Made by a program: the position numbers and the translations under genes. A stretch of 58,756 bases of DNA. Source: an uncultured Chroococcidiopsis sp. Lineage in GTDB: Bacteria; Cyanobacteriota; Cyanobacteriia; Cyanobacteriales; Chroococcidiopsidaceae. Where the stretch lies: NCBI GenBank assembly GCA_964248365.1, contig CAXTYC010000020.1:30490-89245 (forward strand), in the 5' to 3' direction. The first letter of the stretch is position 1. The number at the start of each line of letters is the position of its first letter. Shown here piece by piece: positions 1 to 10,028 of this stretch. Below the pieces are notes generated by a model. It was not told the DNA's origin. It did no database searches and worked only from the letters and a program-made list of their open reading frames with translations.

Positions 1-200
1 TAATTTCCCCCCCAGCTCCCCCTGCTACCCCAGCTCCCCCTGCTCTCTTCCTAGCTTTTAGGGGCTAGGGGCTAGGGGCTAGGGAAAGGGAAAAGGGGAA
101 AGGGAAGAGGGAAAAGGTTATTCATAATTTCCCCCCCAGCTCCCCCTGCTACCCCAGCTCCCCCTGCTCTCTTCCTAGCCCCTAGCCTCCAGCCCCTAGC
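1..200. repeat. STRR-type short tandem repeat block containing a ~55-bp direct duplication
   Basis: TAATTTCCCCCCCAGCTCCCCCTGCTACCCCAGCTCCCCCTGCTCTCTTCCTAGC occurs at ~1-56 and ~125-180, separated by (GGGGCTA)n and GGGAAA tracts. Confidence 0.9.
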
Positions 201-2770
201 CCCTCTTTAGGTAAGTGGAGAGTAAAGCAACTACCTCGCCCTAGTTCTGAAGTGACTGTAATATCCCCGTTATGTAGACGTGCTAGGCGGCGAGACAGTA
301 CTAAGCCAAGTCCCGTACCTTCATGCTTGCGGTTAAGACCGCTATCCAATTGCTGGAACGGTTGAAAAAGTCTTGCTTGATCTGCTTGTGAAATGCCTAT
401 TCCAGTGTCAATCACACAGAACTTGATTGTATCTTTACAGGACTCAACTTTGAGTGTAACTGAGCCTGCTGGAGTAAATTTAATCGCGTTTGAAAGCAGG
501 TTGAATAAGATTTGTTGTAATCGGCGCTTGTCGGCGATACAAGTTGTTACCTCAGATGATATCTCCATTGACATCTGTAGACCACGTTGATTTGCCCGTT
601 CTTGAGTCGTGGATAAACACGCCTGACAAACTTCTTCGACTAATATTGTTTCTAGGGTCAATTCTTCTTTACCAGCTTCAATTTTCGATAAATCGAGCAG
701 ATCATTAATTAGACTCAATAGATGCCATCCAGAGGAAGAAATCGCGGCAATATATTGTTGCTGTTTTTCGTTCAATTGACCGAAAATTTGATCGAGCAGG
801 ACACCAGAAAATCCTAAAATGCTAGTTAATGGTGTGCGAAGTTCGTGACTCATGTTAGTCAGAAATTCGGTTTTAGCACGATTAGCCGCTTCTGATATTA
901 GTTTCTCCTGCTCTAATTCTTGGGTGCGTTCTTTGACTAGCTGCTCTAAATGTTCGTAACTGTGAGCATTGTACAAGGCGATCGCAGCTTTGTCGGCAAT
1001 CCGTTCTAATAAGTGAATTTCTTCTTGCGTGAATGTCCGTTTTGTGCTTGTTGTGTGCAACGATATGCCACCAAACAACTGATTGCGAATAAAAATTGGC
1101 ACTCTTAGCAATGAAAGAACTTGAGCCTGCTGGCTGAGTGTAAGTCGAATGGGTGTGTCTGAGTCTGTGAAGAGGGGAGCATGGAAAGCCCGATGTATGG
1201 AAAAATTAGAGTTAGGGTCTAATAAATCGAGATGTTCCGATATGGGAATATAGCAATTAAGCAAGGAAATAACTCCTTGGCTAACGCGCCACTCATTCAG
1301 AATCTGAATACGTTCGCCAGCTATAGAGAAAATATTCACTCGGTCAACGCCAAAAGCTTCCCCTATTAGGTTGACAATTTCTTGCAAGATATGCTTTGGA
1401 TCGAGGCTAGAGTTAAGTGCTTGACTAATTTGATTGAGTAATTCCTCCCGCCGTGCGTGTTGTTGGACTTGAGTAAATAGTTGTGCCTGCATAATTGCGA
1501 TCGCCGCTCCAGTTGCTAGTTGATTTAGCAAGCTAATTTCCAGCGGTTTCCAGTGCCGCGCACTGCTACACTGTTGGGCAATCAGCAGCCCCCACAATTG
1601 ATCTTTTTGCACAATAGGTACTACCAAATTAGCTCTGATCTGAAACTGCGCTAGTAAATCAATATGACACTGGCTCAAACCCGCCGTGTAAATATCCTCT
1701 ATCGCACTGACACGACCTTGTTTGTACTTCGAGATATAAGACTCCCTAAAGTAGGAATCTTCAATTACCCTTCCTAACATAGGCATCCAACCTGTAGCTA
1801 CAGACTCCATAGCCACAACTGCGCCTCCCTCTGGCTGGAAGCGGTAAATAACCACTCGGTCTGTTTGGAGAAATTGCCGCACTTCCTCCACCGTCGTATT
1901 CAGAATCTCCTCTAGGTCTAACGACTGATGAATCCGCTGGACAATCTCTACAATCAGTTGCTCACGCCCAGTTTGCCATTGCAGCGTTTCTTCCGCCCGT
2001 TTGCGCTCATTGATGTTACGGGCAATTCCCTCGATCGCAATCAAGTTCCCAACGGAATCATAAATCGCAACATTGCTATGTTCTGTCCAGACAATTGCAC
2101 CATCTTTGCGGATAAAACGCATAACTATCGAACCGGAAGCTTCCCCCCCTAACAATTGCTGCAAGACGGCTCGGTCATCTTCATGGACAAGCTTGAGCCA
2201 CAATTGGGGATCGGCGTAATGCTCTGTTGGTGTGTAGCCAGTGATAGTCGTTACTGCTGGGCTAATATATTCAAAGCCGCGCCTCGTGGGGGAAACCTGA
2301 TAGCGGTAAATAATATCTGGGGCGTTGTCAGCCAGCCGTCGAAAGCGCTCCTCACTTGCTTGTAAAGCAGCCTCCGCTTGCCGCTTCTCGTTGCGTAGTT
2401 GTTTTTGATACACAGCTTGCATCACTGCTTGCCCTAGTCGCACCAGTCGATCTTTAAGCAGGTAATCAGCTGCGCCCAGCTTCATACACTTAACCGCTAC
2501 TTCTTCACTAATGCTGCCCGTGACAATAATGAAAGGAATGTCCAAGCCACGCTCCTGCAAAAGTTGCAGCGCCCGCATTGCTTCAAACTGAGGCATATAA
2601 AAATCTGCCAGAATCACATCGCAACCTGCATCCAAACAGGCAAGATAGTCTTGTTCAGTTTCTACACACTGCCACTCGAATCTAAGCCCAGAGGAACGCA
2701 GCTCGTACAGCATTAGTTCAACGTCAGCTAGCGAGTTTTCGAGAATCAAAATCCGCAAAAGGGTGAACAT
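182..2770 (-). CDS. Hybrid sensor histidine kinase REC-PAS-GAF(cyanobacteriochrome)-GAF-HisKA-HATPase
   Basis: N-terminal receiver ([14 protein letters not shown]); PAS ([15 protein letters not shown]); GAF1 with [15 protein letters not shown] chromophore Cys-His and [11 protein letters not shown]-box [11 protein letters not shown] boxes [22 protein letters not shown]. Confidence 0.93.
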   Translation of the reverse strand: MFTLLRILILENSLADVELMLYELRSSGLRFEWQCVETEQDYLACLDAGCDVILADFYMPQFEAMRALQLLQERGLDIPFIIVTGSISEEVAVKCMKLGAADYLLKDRLVRLGQAVMQAVYQKQLRNEKRQAEAALQASEERFRRLADNAPDIIYRYQVSPTRRGFEYISPAVTTITGYTPTEHYADPQLWLKLVHEDDRAVLQQLLGGEASGSIVMRFIRKDGAIVWTEHSNVAIYDSVGNLIAIEGIARNINERKRAEETLQWQTGREQLIVEIVQRIHQSLDLEEILNTTVEEVRQFLQTDRVVIYRFQPEGGAVVAMESVATGWMPMLGRVIEDSYFRESYISKYKQGRVSAIEDIYTAGLSQCHIDLLAQFQIRANLVVPIVQKDQLWGLLIAQQCSSARHWKPLEISLLNQLATGAAIAIMQAQLFTQVQQHARREELLNQISQALNSSLDPKHILQEIVNLIGEAFGVDRVNIFSIAGERIQILNEWRVSQGVISLLNCYIPISEHLDLLDPNSNFSIHRAFHAPLFTDSDTPIRLTLSQQAQVLSLLRVPIFIRNQLFGGISLHTTSTKRTFTQEEIHLLERIADKAAIALYNAHSYEHLEQLVKERTQELEQEKLISEAANRAKTEFLTNMSHELRTPLTSILGFSGVLLDQIFGQLNEKQQQYIAAISSSGWHLLSLINDLLDLSKIEAGKEELTLETILVEEVCQACLSTTQERANQRGLQMSMEISSEVTTCIADKRRLQQILFNLLSNAIKFTPAGSVTLKVESCKDTIKFCVIDTGIGISQADQARLFQPFQQLDSGLNRKHEGTGLGLVLSRRLARLHNGDITVTSELGRGSCFTLHLPKEGLGAGG

Positions 2771-2795
2771 TAATGCTTTTGAGATAACACTTTTA

Positions 2796-3229
2796 TTACA
2801 ATGAAGATTGATTAAGCAATAGCCAATAGAAACCTAGCTGCCGTACAGCCATAGTGAACTGTTCAAAATCCACTGGCTTGACAATGTAACTATTAACGCG
2901 GGGTTGATAGCTTTCTATAATATCGCGTTCTTGACCCGACTAGGTAAGTACTACTACGGAAATTCTTCGAGTGCGAGGTCGGACTTGACACGCTGTAGCA
3001 CTTCCAGCCCGTCCACTTTCGGCATCAAGTCAAGCAGAACTACTTTAGGAGCGTTTTCAATATTGCGGTATGCATATCCAGTGCAGAAGATAAAGTCCAG
3101 CACTTCAGCCTCGTCGCGTACAACCTCAACGTGATTGGACAGGTTATTGCTTCTTAAACACTGGAGTGTCAATTCCACATTGCTAGGATTGTCTTCTACT
3201 AACAAGATTTCTACCACCTTCTGTGTCAT
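2796..3229 (-). pseudogene. Rcp1-like single-domain response regulator, frameshift plus internal stop
   Basis: EILLVEDNP...LLDLMPKVDGLEVLQRVK, then in a shifted frame [39 protein letters not shown]. Confidence 0.88.
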
Positions 3230-3269
3230 GGAGGATATAACTTTCAAGGGTAAAAAAGAACATTGCACC

Positions 3270-3699
3270 TCGTTTGCGTTCATTGATTTGATACAGCAGT
3301 TGCTCGTTAGCAGCTTCTAATTGTGCCGGACTAGGCAGAGCAAGTGCCTTGGGTACTAATGACACTAGCTCCAGCACTGTATAAACTAAAACGAGTGCGG
3401 TTGCCGCTTTAATACACCCTGACAGCCAATATGTTGGATGCCAAAGCGTCCAAATCTCCATTAGATGGAGTAGTGCGGGGGCGACAATGAAAGAGCCGAA
3501 CAGCAGAAACATCCATTGAAGGGCAGATCTTGCCCCCCGCGGACAAAATAAACTAGTGTAATGGAAATTGAGTAATAAGCAAGCGCGATTAAAGAGTTAG
3601 ACATGATTAGGAGCCATACCAAATCTGATTCCATAAATAACAATGCCCGTGAGGAATAAATTGTTCTGAATTAAAAAAGTTGTTGAAAATTTCCAGCAT
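3270..3699 (-). pseudogene. Remnant N-terminus of an ethylene-receptor-like (ETR1-type) membrane sensor kinase; kinase part deleted
   Basis: Three frames join into FIPHGHCYLW / LVW..SNSLIALAYYSI / LFGSFIVAPALLHLMEIWTLWHPTYWLSG..PKALALPSPAQLEAAN. Confidence 0.8.
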
Positions 3700-3973
3700 C
3701 GGATAGCGGTTGCGAGAACGCAAAGCGCGTAGATCTTCTTTAGAGCTAGCTTTTTTGGATCTTTAATACGAGAGCGTGTCAATTGTATTACTACTCGCTA
3801 AAAGCGCGCCAGCTAAAAGTAAGCCCAACTCAAAGACAATCTCTGCAATTGGATAGAATTTGAGCTTGCGATCGCCTCGTTAGGATGATTGTTGTTATAG
3901 AACGTTAATTCAACACAACAGCAACCTATTGAGTTCTATGTAGCTCAACTGATACCTCAAGGAGAAATGTACA

Positions 3974-4384
3974 ATGGCTCAAACTCAAAAACAAGGACAA
4001 CCAAACGATGGAAAGCAAGATGAGTGGGAGCAAGATCTACATCCCAACTCGATAGCTGGGCAAAATTCTGGTGTTGCAAGCTCACAACCAGAGAAAGATG
4101 CCCCTACTGCTTATGACATCAAGGAGATGCATAGCTTATTAGAAGATTATACAAACGACGAACTCAAGCAGATTAAGATATTACCCCCAGGCACTCGCTT
4201 GCAACAAGGAGCAAAGTACATCGACTTAATGGATCAGGAGCGCAAAGAGTTTACCGCAATGGGTAATATGGAAGCTGGACCGGATAACAAATACGTACCC
4301 AAAACTGAAATAGATTATCAGCTCTGGCATCGGTTGACCGGAGTGCACAAACCTGATGCAATGGGAGAGGCAACACTATCTTAG
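3974..4384 (+). CDS. Hypothetical protein, hydrophilic
   Basis: 136-aa ORF with AAGGAG Shine-Dalgarno upstream. Confidence 0.75.
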   Translation: MAQTQKQGQPNDGKQDEWEQDLHPNSIAGQNSGVASSQPEKDAPTAYDIKEMHSLLEDYTNDELKQIKILPPGTRLQQGAKYIDLMDQERKEFTAMGNMEAGPDNKYVPKTEIDYQLWHRLTGVHKPDAMGEATLS

Positions 4385-4577
4385 TAACTATCTCTCACTC
4401 TTTTAGCCCTGGGAATATCCCCACGAGCCTCTCCCTTTAAAAAGGGGGAAAATTAAGTGTTTCTTGTCCCCCTTGAAAAGGCGATACAGCGATATCTCAA
4501 CGGTTTGTGTAGCTTTGGAGATAGATTATTAGCTCCCAACGCCAAGCTCACGCTTGTCCCCGCTCAACCGCCAGTTT

Positions 4578-5090
4578 TTATGCACCTGTTGGCTCTGCAT
4601 AGCCCTGAATATTTTCAGGCTCAAACTGACGTAGCACACGGGTAGCCTGACGAGTTAATTCCTCCGTTCCCTTCACCACGATTAAGTATTTCCCAGCATC
4701 CAGGCGATTTCGATAGGGTAAAGCATCCCCACTACCAACAGCTAAACCAACTCCACCACCGACGAAAAAAGCACCCAAACCACCCGAAGCAGCTCCTAGA
4801 ATGCCTCCGATGATGTGATTACCCACAGCACCAATCGGAAGAATTTCAATGCCAGTTAGATAGTTGAAGGCATAACCAGCTAGAAAACCAAAAGGCACTA
4901 GCCAGTATAACAATCGCCAGGCTCCTTTACGCGCTTGCACATTGGGGTCAATCAATCCAAACTCGTCAGCACTTTTGTAGCCCCTTCCCAAAATATCAAT
5001 TTGCTCGGTTGGTAAGCCTTCTTTTTCAAGAGCAGTGTATGCTGCTTCTGCTTGTAATCGGTCTGGTAAGACTGCAACTAGGTAATTCAT
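4578..5090 (-). CDS. Hypothetical membrane protein with a glycine-rich transmembrane hairpin (general-stress-protein-like fold)
   Basis: MNYLVAVLPDRLQAEAAYTALEKEG..., Gly-rich hydrophobic segments, YRNRLDAGKYLIVV. Confidence 0.8.
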   Translation of the reverse strand: MNYLVAVLPDRLQAEAAYTALEKEGLPTEQIDILGRGYKSADEFGLIDPNVQARKGAWRLLYWLVPFGFLAGYAFNYLTGIEILPIGAVGNHIIGGILGAASGGLGAFFVGGGVGLAVGSGDALPYRNRLDAGKYLIVVKGTEELTRQATRVLRQFEPENIQGYAEPTGA

Positions 5091-5159
5091 ACGAATAAAA
5101 AGAGTTGATTTTAGTTATTTATTTGTTTGTATTTTGTGTGTAATACAAGGCAACCAGCT

Positions 5160-5246
5160 TCAATGAAAATCAATTACAGGTTGGAGAAGAAGCATGATTG
5201 CTCCCACAATCACAAAGGATAAACTTACCCAAAAGAAGATTTTCAT
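5160..5246 (-). CDS. Putative 28-aa single-TM small protein
   Basis: MKIFFWVSLSFVIVGAIMLLLQPVIDFH*, preceded by AGAGGTAAAAAA; below the ORF-track size cutoff. Confidence 0.5.
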   Translation of the reverse strand: MKIFFWVSLSFVIVGAIMLLLQPVIDFH

Positions 5247-5446
5247 TTTTTTACCTCTGTTGATTAGACCTGTTTTATGGATAATTATTAGCAAAAGTTG
5301 AAAGACTTAACAAATATATTAAGTCTGTCCAAAATTTTGATATATAAATTATCAAATCAAAAAGAAGTAAAAACATCTTTCTCAAGAGGAACTTGTGGAA
5401 AGTAGCCCTATCACTTTGGGTGGAATGGATAGTGATAAATGCTACT

Positions 5447-5479
5447 AAAAACCCGATCGCGCGTCATGCGATCGGGTTT
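5447..5479 (-). terminator. Rho-independent terminator downstream of hsp20
   Basis: 12-bp stem AAACCCGATCGC / GCGATCGGGTTT with a T-run on the minus strand. Confidence 0.7.
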
Positions 5480-5526
5480 CATCATTAAGTTAAGCTAGCT
5501 TTGAGGAGTAAGTTGCCTCCAACAAA

Positions 5527-5976
5527 TTAGGCAGCAGCTTCTAGGTTAACTTTAACGACTTTGTTCTTTTCTTGCTCAGTTTTGGGCAGTGTTAGATTCA
5601 AAATGCCGTCTTTGTACTGGGCTGTTACATTGGTGTTTTGAATCCGAGCAGGTAAAGGAATTAGGCGCTGGAATTTACCATAATGAAATTCGCTGCGAGT
5701 AACACCTTTTTCTTCGGTTTTGTTTTCAGTTTTACGCTCACCACTGATGTAAACAGCTTTTTCTGTGACTTGCACATTAATGTCTTTAGCTTCCATGCCT
5801 GGAACTTCTAGTTTCAGATGGATAGCATCTGCTGTGTCTTTTATTTCAGCTGCTGGAACTCTTGATAAGCTTCTTGTCATAGATGTGGTTGGTACTAAGG
5901 CTTGCTCGAACAGGCTATTGATTTGACGTTGCATTGTGTCAACTTCTTGCCAAGGATTCCAACGTACTAATGCCAT
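5527..5976 (-). CDS. hspA: Hsp20/alpha-crystallin small heat-shock protein
   Basis: MALVRWNPW, LEVPGM, SEFHYGKFQRLIPLP, YKDGILNLTLPK. Confidence 0.95.
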   Translation of the reverse strand: MALVRWNPWQEVDTMQRQINSLFEQALVPTTSMTRSLSRVPAAEIKDTADAIHLKLEVPGMEAKDINVQVTEKAVYISGERKTENKTEEKGVTRSEFHYGKFQRLIPLPARIQNTNVTAQYKDGILNLTLPKTEQEKNKVVKVNLEAAA

Positions 5977-6055
5977 AATTGTGACCTTAATTAATGATTT
6001 AATTTGTTTGTTGTTTGCTCTTGTTTTTATATTATTTTGGTAATCAGCTTTGTGC

Positions 6056-6155
6056 TGTCGGTTTCTAACACTTAATTTTGGATGAATACCGAACAGTAAT
6101 ATTAGTAAGATAAAGAGTACGGTTAACTGAATATTTCCGCTTCGGTAAACTCGAT
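6056..6155. promoter_or_regulatory. Clustered K-box-like (GTNCGG) motifs upstream of hsp20
   Basis: CCGAAC 6089-6094, GTACGG-TTAA-CTGAAT 6117-6132, CTTCGG-TAAA-CTCGAT 6140-6155; resemble the cyanobacterial K-box GTTCGG-NNAN-CCNNAC. Confidence 0.45.
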
Positions 6156-6398
6156 AAAAGCTAACTATAATTATTTATCAATGAACGGGTGGTAATCGGT
6201 AATTGGTATAAGCTTCCCTGGCTTCTGTCGAGGCGCGAAGCCTGCTTTTGCCGAAATTGCTGCTTTTGTTAACTCTATTCAAGACGGTTCAAGCGTTGCC
6301 TAACGACAGATTAAACCAGCACTACTCTAGGTAAAATTGCCGTTATTAGTTGTACGGTGCGTTGCGACCGAATCCTACAGATTGAACAGCGAAATAAC

Positions 6399-6438
6399 TT
6401 GACTACAAGCTGTCTTTATAGTACATTTGCACTATAAA
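6399..6438 (+). promoter_or_regulatory. Sigma70-type promoter overlapped by a putative cyanobacterial LexA box
   Basis: TTGACT (6399-6404), 17 bp, TACATT (6422-6427); palindrome TTTATAGTACATTTGCACTATAAA (6415-6438) matches RGTAC-NNND-GTWCB with one mismatch. Confidence 0.6.
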
Positions 6439-6498
6439 TTCAGGGTAGCGCAATGAGATTTGTATAAGTCCTATATAGAACAGGAGAGTAGAATCTTT

Positions 6499-6984
6499 AT
6501 GAGGCTATCTAAGATTGACTTGAGCAAGATTGTAGCTGTTGGTCATTCTGAGGGTTATTTGGGGTTATTAATTGACCGAGGTGAAGAGGTAGAATACATA
6601 GAAATTCCTGCCCCAAATGCTGCATATCAGGGACTGCAACAAGTTAACTCTCTAGCAGCACCAGATTTCGCCGCACGAGAGCCAGCCCAACCGCCAGCCA
6701 TGCAGTCAGTCAACTCATCGATGGCGAAAGCAATAGGATACGATCGCACTCATCAAACCTTGCAAGTAGAATTTAACAATGGGTCAGTATACCAGTATGC
6801 AGGTGTAGAGCAGGAGACTTGGAAATCGCTACAAACGGCACACTCAACGGGGAAATTTTACAATAGCCAGATTAAAGGCAAATATCAATGCGATCGCGTA
6901 GATGATGGAATTGAAACAACAGCGATTGTAATTGATGACTCGGATAGCTGCTATGAAGAAGACGAATATTATGACGAATGTTAG
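6499..6984 (+). CDS. KTSC domain-containing protein with an N-terminal extension and acidic tail
   Basis: MQSVNSSMAKAIGYD..TLQVEFNNGSVYQYAGV..STGKFYNSQIKGKY is a KTSC signature; ATG 6499 follows AGGAG. Confidence 0.88.
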   Translation: MRLSKIDLSKIVAVGHSEGYLGLLIDRGEEVEYIEIPAPNAAYQGLQQVNSLAAPDFAAREPAQPPAMQSVNSSMAKAIGYDRTHQTLQVEFNNGSVYQYAGVEQETWKSLQTAHSTGKFYNSQIKGKYQCDRVDDGIETTAIVIDDSDSCYEEDEYYDEC

Positions 6985-7008
6985 ATAGAAGAGGACGAAT
7001 GAGATAAA

Positions 7009-7281
7009 CTAGCGATCGCGGTCTGCTCTTGCTCCAAACAACTGAGTGCAAGACACCTGCACGACATCCTCAAAGCCCAAACTTTCAAGATGGATGATCC
7101 ATCCTTCTGGACTTCCATCTAACTCCGGTGTGCCTAAAATCATTGCAGGTTCGGCTATCCAAGGTACAACGCAGATAGTGTAAAAGCGAGGCTGTTTTGC
7201 TTCAAAAGAGAATTCAACCGACAGCCAATCAGGGATAGTGTCTAAATCTGGTTTACCATTAGCTTTAAAGCAAAGTTGCAT
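7009..7281 (-). CDS. Hypothetical protein (~90 aa)
   Basis: ORF with GAGG SD before ATG at 7281. Confidence 0.6.
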   Translation of the reverse strand: MQLCFKANGKPDLDTIPDWLSVEFSFEAKQPRFYTICVVPWIAEPAMILGTPELDGSPEGWIIHLESLGFEDVVQVSCTQLFGARADRDR

Positions 7282-7482
7282 GATTACCTCAATCAAAGGA
7301 TCAAAGGGAGAGGGGACAAGCGGACGTGACAAGGTGACAACTCACTACTCACCCCTTGCCTCTTGGCAAACCTACTATCACTACATTAAATGGAGTAAAA
7401 CCCGCTGGTGCTACTGCCTTACAACTTGGCTTAAGAAAAATTAAAATCGAAGTATGTCACATATACGACACCAAGCTTGAGA

Positions 7483-8559
7483 ATGGCAAATAGCCTGTCA
7501 CTCCAACCACAACAAACCCGTTCCCCTCGCTTGTGGATGCCTGAGCGTGTCCTGTTTACACCCGCCGCACTAGATGAGCCTTGGGGACAACAAATTTTAT
7601 CGCGTTTACAATCTCTCAACTTACCAATTGAAGAACTACCCAAAAACCGCCTGACTGGTTTGCGCGGCGAGGATGAGCGCGACACATACAACAAAAGTAA
7701 GCGTACCCTTGCCGTTGTCACTGCACCACCAAGCGCATTCAAACTTAGCCCTATCCCACCTTCTGCTGATTGGCAGTTTCACATCGCTGAAGGCTGCCCC
7801 GCTCACTGTCAATATTGTTATTTAGCAGGTAGCTTGCAAGGTCCACCCATCATCCGCACCTTTGCCAACTTACCGCAAATTTTGCACAACCTGCCAAACT
7901 ACGATTGCCCAGGTAATGCTACAACTTATGAAGTCAGCTGCTACACAGATCCTTTAGGCATTGAGCATTTAACAGGCAGCTTGGCTGAATGCATCCGCTA
8001 CTTCGGTACTCGTGAGGATGGATATTTGCGCTGGGTTTCCAAATTCGATGCCGTAGACAATCTGCTCGATTTACCCCACAATGGTCATACACGCTGCCGT
8101 TTCAGCGTTAATGCTGCTCCAGTTTCCGGTCGCTTCGAGGGTGGTACAGCACCAGTTAAGTCACGCTTGCAAGCATTGCGCCGACTAGCACTACCGAAAC
8201 AACAAGGTGGTGGTGGATATCCAGTAGGATTAGTCATTGCACCGATCATGTTGATGGATGATTGGGAATTGCATTATACTAAACTCTTTGATGAAATTAG
8301 CGAAGCGATCGATTTTGATTGCGATTTGACCTTCGAGTTAATCTCACACCGTTTTACCCTAGGTTCCAAAGAAGTTTTGCTGTCTTGGTATCCGCAAACA
8401 AAGCTAGATTTGGACGAACAGAAGCGCAGCGTCAAGCGTAACAAGTTTGGCGGAACTAAATATGTCTATGACTCCGACACCATGAAGCAACTGCGTCGCT
8501 TTTTCGAACGCCAAATTCAAGAGCGCTTTTCCCAAGCGCAGATTCTTTACTGGACTTAG
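7483..8559 (+). CDS. splB: Spore photoproduct lyase family radical SAM protein
   Basis: GCPAHCQYCYL (CxxxCxxC), YEVSCYTD, HNGHTRCRFSVN, YPVGLVIAPI, TFELISHRFT, KFGGTKYVY. Confidence 0.88.
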   Translation: MANSLSLQPQQTRSPRLWMPERVLFTPAALDEPWGQQILSRLQSLNLPIEELPKNRLTGLRGEDERDTYNKSKRTLAVVTAPPSAFKLSPIPPSADWQFHIAEGCPAHCQYCYLAGSLQGPPIIRTFANLPQILHNLPNYDCPGNATTYEVSCYTDPLGIEHLTGSLAECIRYFGTREDGYLRWVSKFDAVDNLLDLPHNGHTRCRFSVNAAPVSGRFEGGTAPVKSRLQALRRLALPKQQGGGGYPVGLVIAPIMLMDDWELHYTKLFDEISEAIDFDCDLTFELISHRFTLGSKEVLLSWYPQTKLDLDEQKRSVKRNKFGGTKYVYDSDTMKQLRRFFERQIQERFSQAQILYWT

Positions 8560-8589
8560 CTCGGTGCTATCTGTGCGCCATAATAAGCA

Positions 8590-8770
8590 GGAGGGGCTAG
8601 GGGCTAGGGAGAGGGGGAGCAAGTTCGTAATGAACAATGAACAATGAACAATAAACAATGAACAATGAACAATAAACAATTGATCATTGATTCCTTTTAC
8701 CGCAATACCTCTTTACCCTTTACCCTTTTCTCTTTCCCTAGCCCCTAGCCCCTAGCCCCTAGCCCCTCTG
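8590..8770. repeat. STRR tracts (GGGGCTA, AATGAAC, CCCCTAG)
   Basis: Heptamer tandem repeats seen directly. Confidence 0.9.
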
Positions 8771-8775
8771 ATCGC

Positions 8776-9942
8776 ATGGAAACCATAAAATCTCGTATGC
8801 AGGCGGTGCAGTCGCCAATTATACCAATCCTTGGGGAACTGATTCGCAGTTGTCCAGGAACTATCTCTTTGGGGCAAGGTATTGTTTATTATCCACCACC
8901 ACCTGAAGCAAAGGATCTGCTAACTCAATTCTTTGCCAGTCCGAGTAATAATCATTATAAACCAGTTGAGGGGATCGCTCCCTTAGTGAATGCGATCGCC
9001 CAAAAACTACAAGCCTTCAACTCAATTGAAATCAACGAAAATAACTGCATTGTCGTGACAGCAGGCAGTAACATGGCGTTTATGAACGCGATTCTAGCGA
9101 TTACCTCCCCAGGCGATGAAATTATTCTCCTTTCGCCCTACTATTTCAACCATGAAATGGCTGTTACAATTGCGGGTTGCACTCCTGTCATAGTAGCGAC
9201 GGATGAAAATTATCAACTACGTCCAGATGCGATCGCAAATGCTATTACTTCTAAAACACGAGCAGTAGTAACGATTTCACCCAATAATCCTACGGGAGTA
9301 GTTTATTCAGAAGCGACATTACGAGAAGTTAATCATATTTGTGGCGATCGCGGCATCTACCATATTAGTGATGAAGCTTACGAATACTTTACCTACAACG
9401 GCGTAAAACACATTTCCCCCGCAGCATTTCCTAGCAGTAGTTCTCACACAATTTCCCTCTATAGCCTTTCCAAGGCTTATGGTTTTGCTAGCTGGCGCAT
9501 TGGCTATATGGTAATTCCAGCACACCTATTTGTCCTAGTCCAAAAAATCCAAGATACGATTTTGATTTGTCCCCCAGTAATTTCCCAGTATGCAGCATTA
9601 GGAGCCATGCTCGCAGGATATAACTACTGCCTTCCTCATATTAATGCGATCGCCTCTGTCCGACAGCTAGTTCTTAATGCGCTCAACGATCTACAAGATA
9701 TATGTACAATTGCACCTGCTGATGGAGCATTTTATTTTCTGCTGAAAGTCAATACCCATTTAGATGCATTTGACTTAGCACAAAGACTAATCCGTGAACA
9801 TAGAGTAGCAGTAATTCCAGGCACTACCTTTGGTATGAATAACGGATGCTACTTTCGCCTCGCCTACGCTGCATTGCAACAACAGACAGCAGCAGAAGGC
9901 ATCGAAAGACTAGTACAAGGCTTAAAATCCATCTTATCCTAA
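8776..9942 (+). CDS. PLP-dependent aminotransferase class I/II
   Basis: ISLGQG, SPNNPTG, SDEAY, SLSKAYGFASWRIGY (PLP lysine). Confidence 0.93.
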   Translation: METIKSRMQAVQSPIIPILGELIRSCPGTISLGQGIVYYPPPPEAKDLLTQFFASPSNNHYKPVEGIAPLVNAIAQKLQAFNSIEINENNCIVVTAGSNMAFMNAILAITSPGDEIILLSPYYFNHEMAVTIAGCTPVIVATDENYQLRPDAIANAITSKTRAVVTISPNNPTGVVYSEATLREVNHICGDRGIYHISDEAYEYFTYNGVKHISPAAFPSSSSHTISLYSLSKAYGFASWRIGYMVIPAHLFVLVQKIQDTILICPPVISQYAALGAMLAGYNYCLPHINAIASVRQLVLNALNDLQDICTIAPADGAFYFLLKVNTHLDAFDLAQRLIREHRVAVIPGTTFGMNNGCYFRLAYAALQQQTAAEGIERLVQGLKSILS

Positions 9943-10028
9943 ACTACCTTACCCAACTTAAAGCACCTTCCCTTATCTTCTTAGCGACGAGCGCGTCTTT
10001 GCGTGACAAAAATATAACCTTAAAACCC

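Noticed and set aside
8404..8679. 91-aa minus-strand ORF
   Set aside because: Translation of heptamer repeats plus antisense of splB
9846..10028. N-terminal extension of YjbQ in the ORF track
   Set aside because: Overlaps the aminotransferase; family similarity begins at ATG 10029
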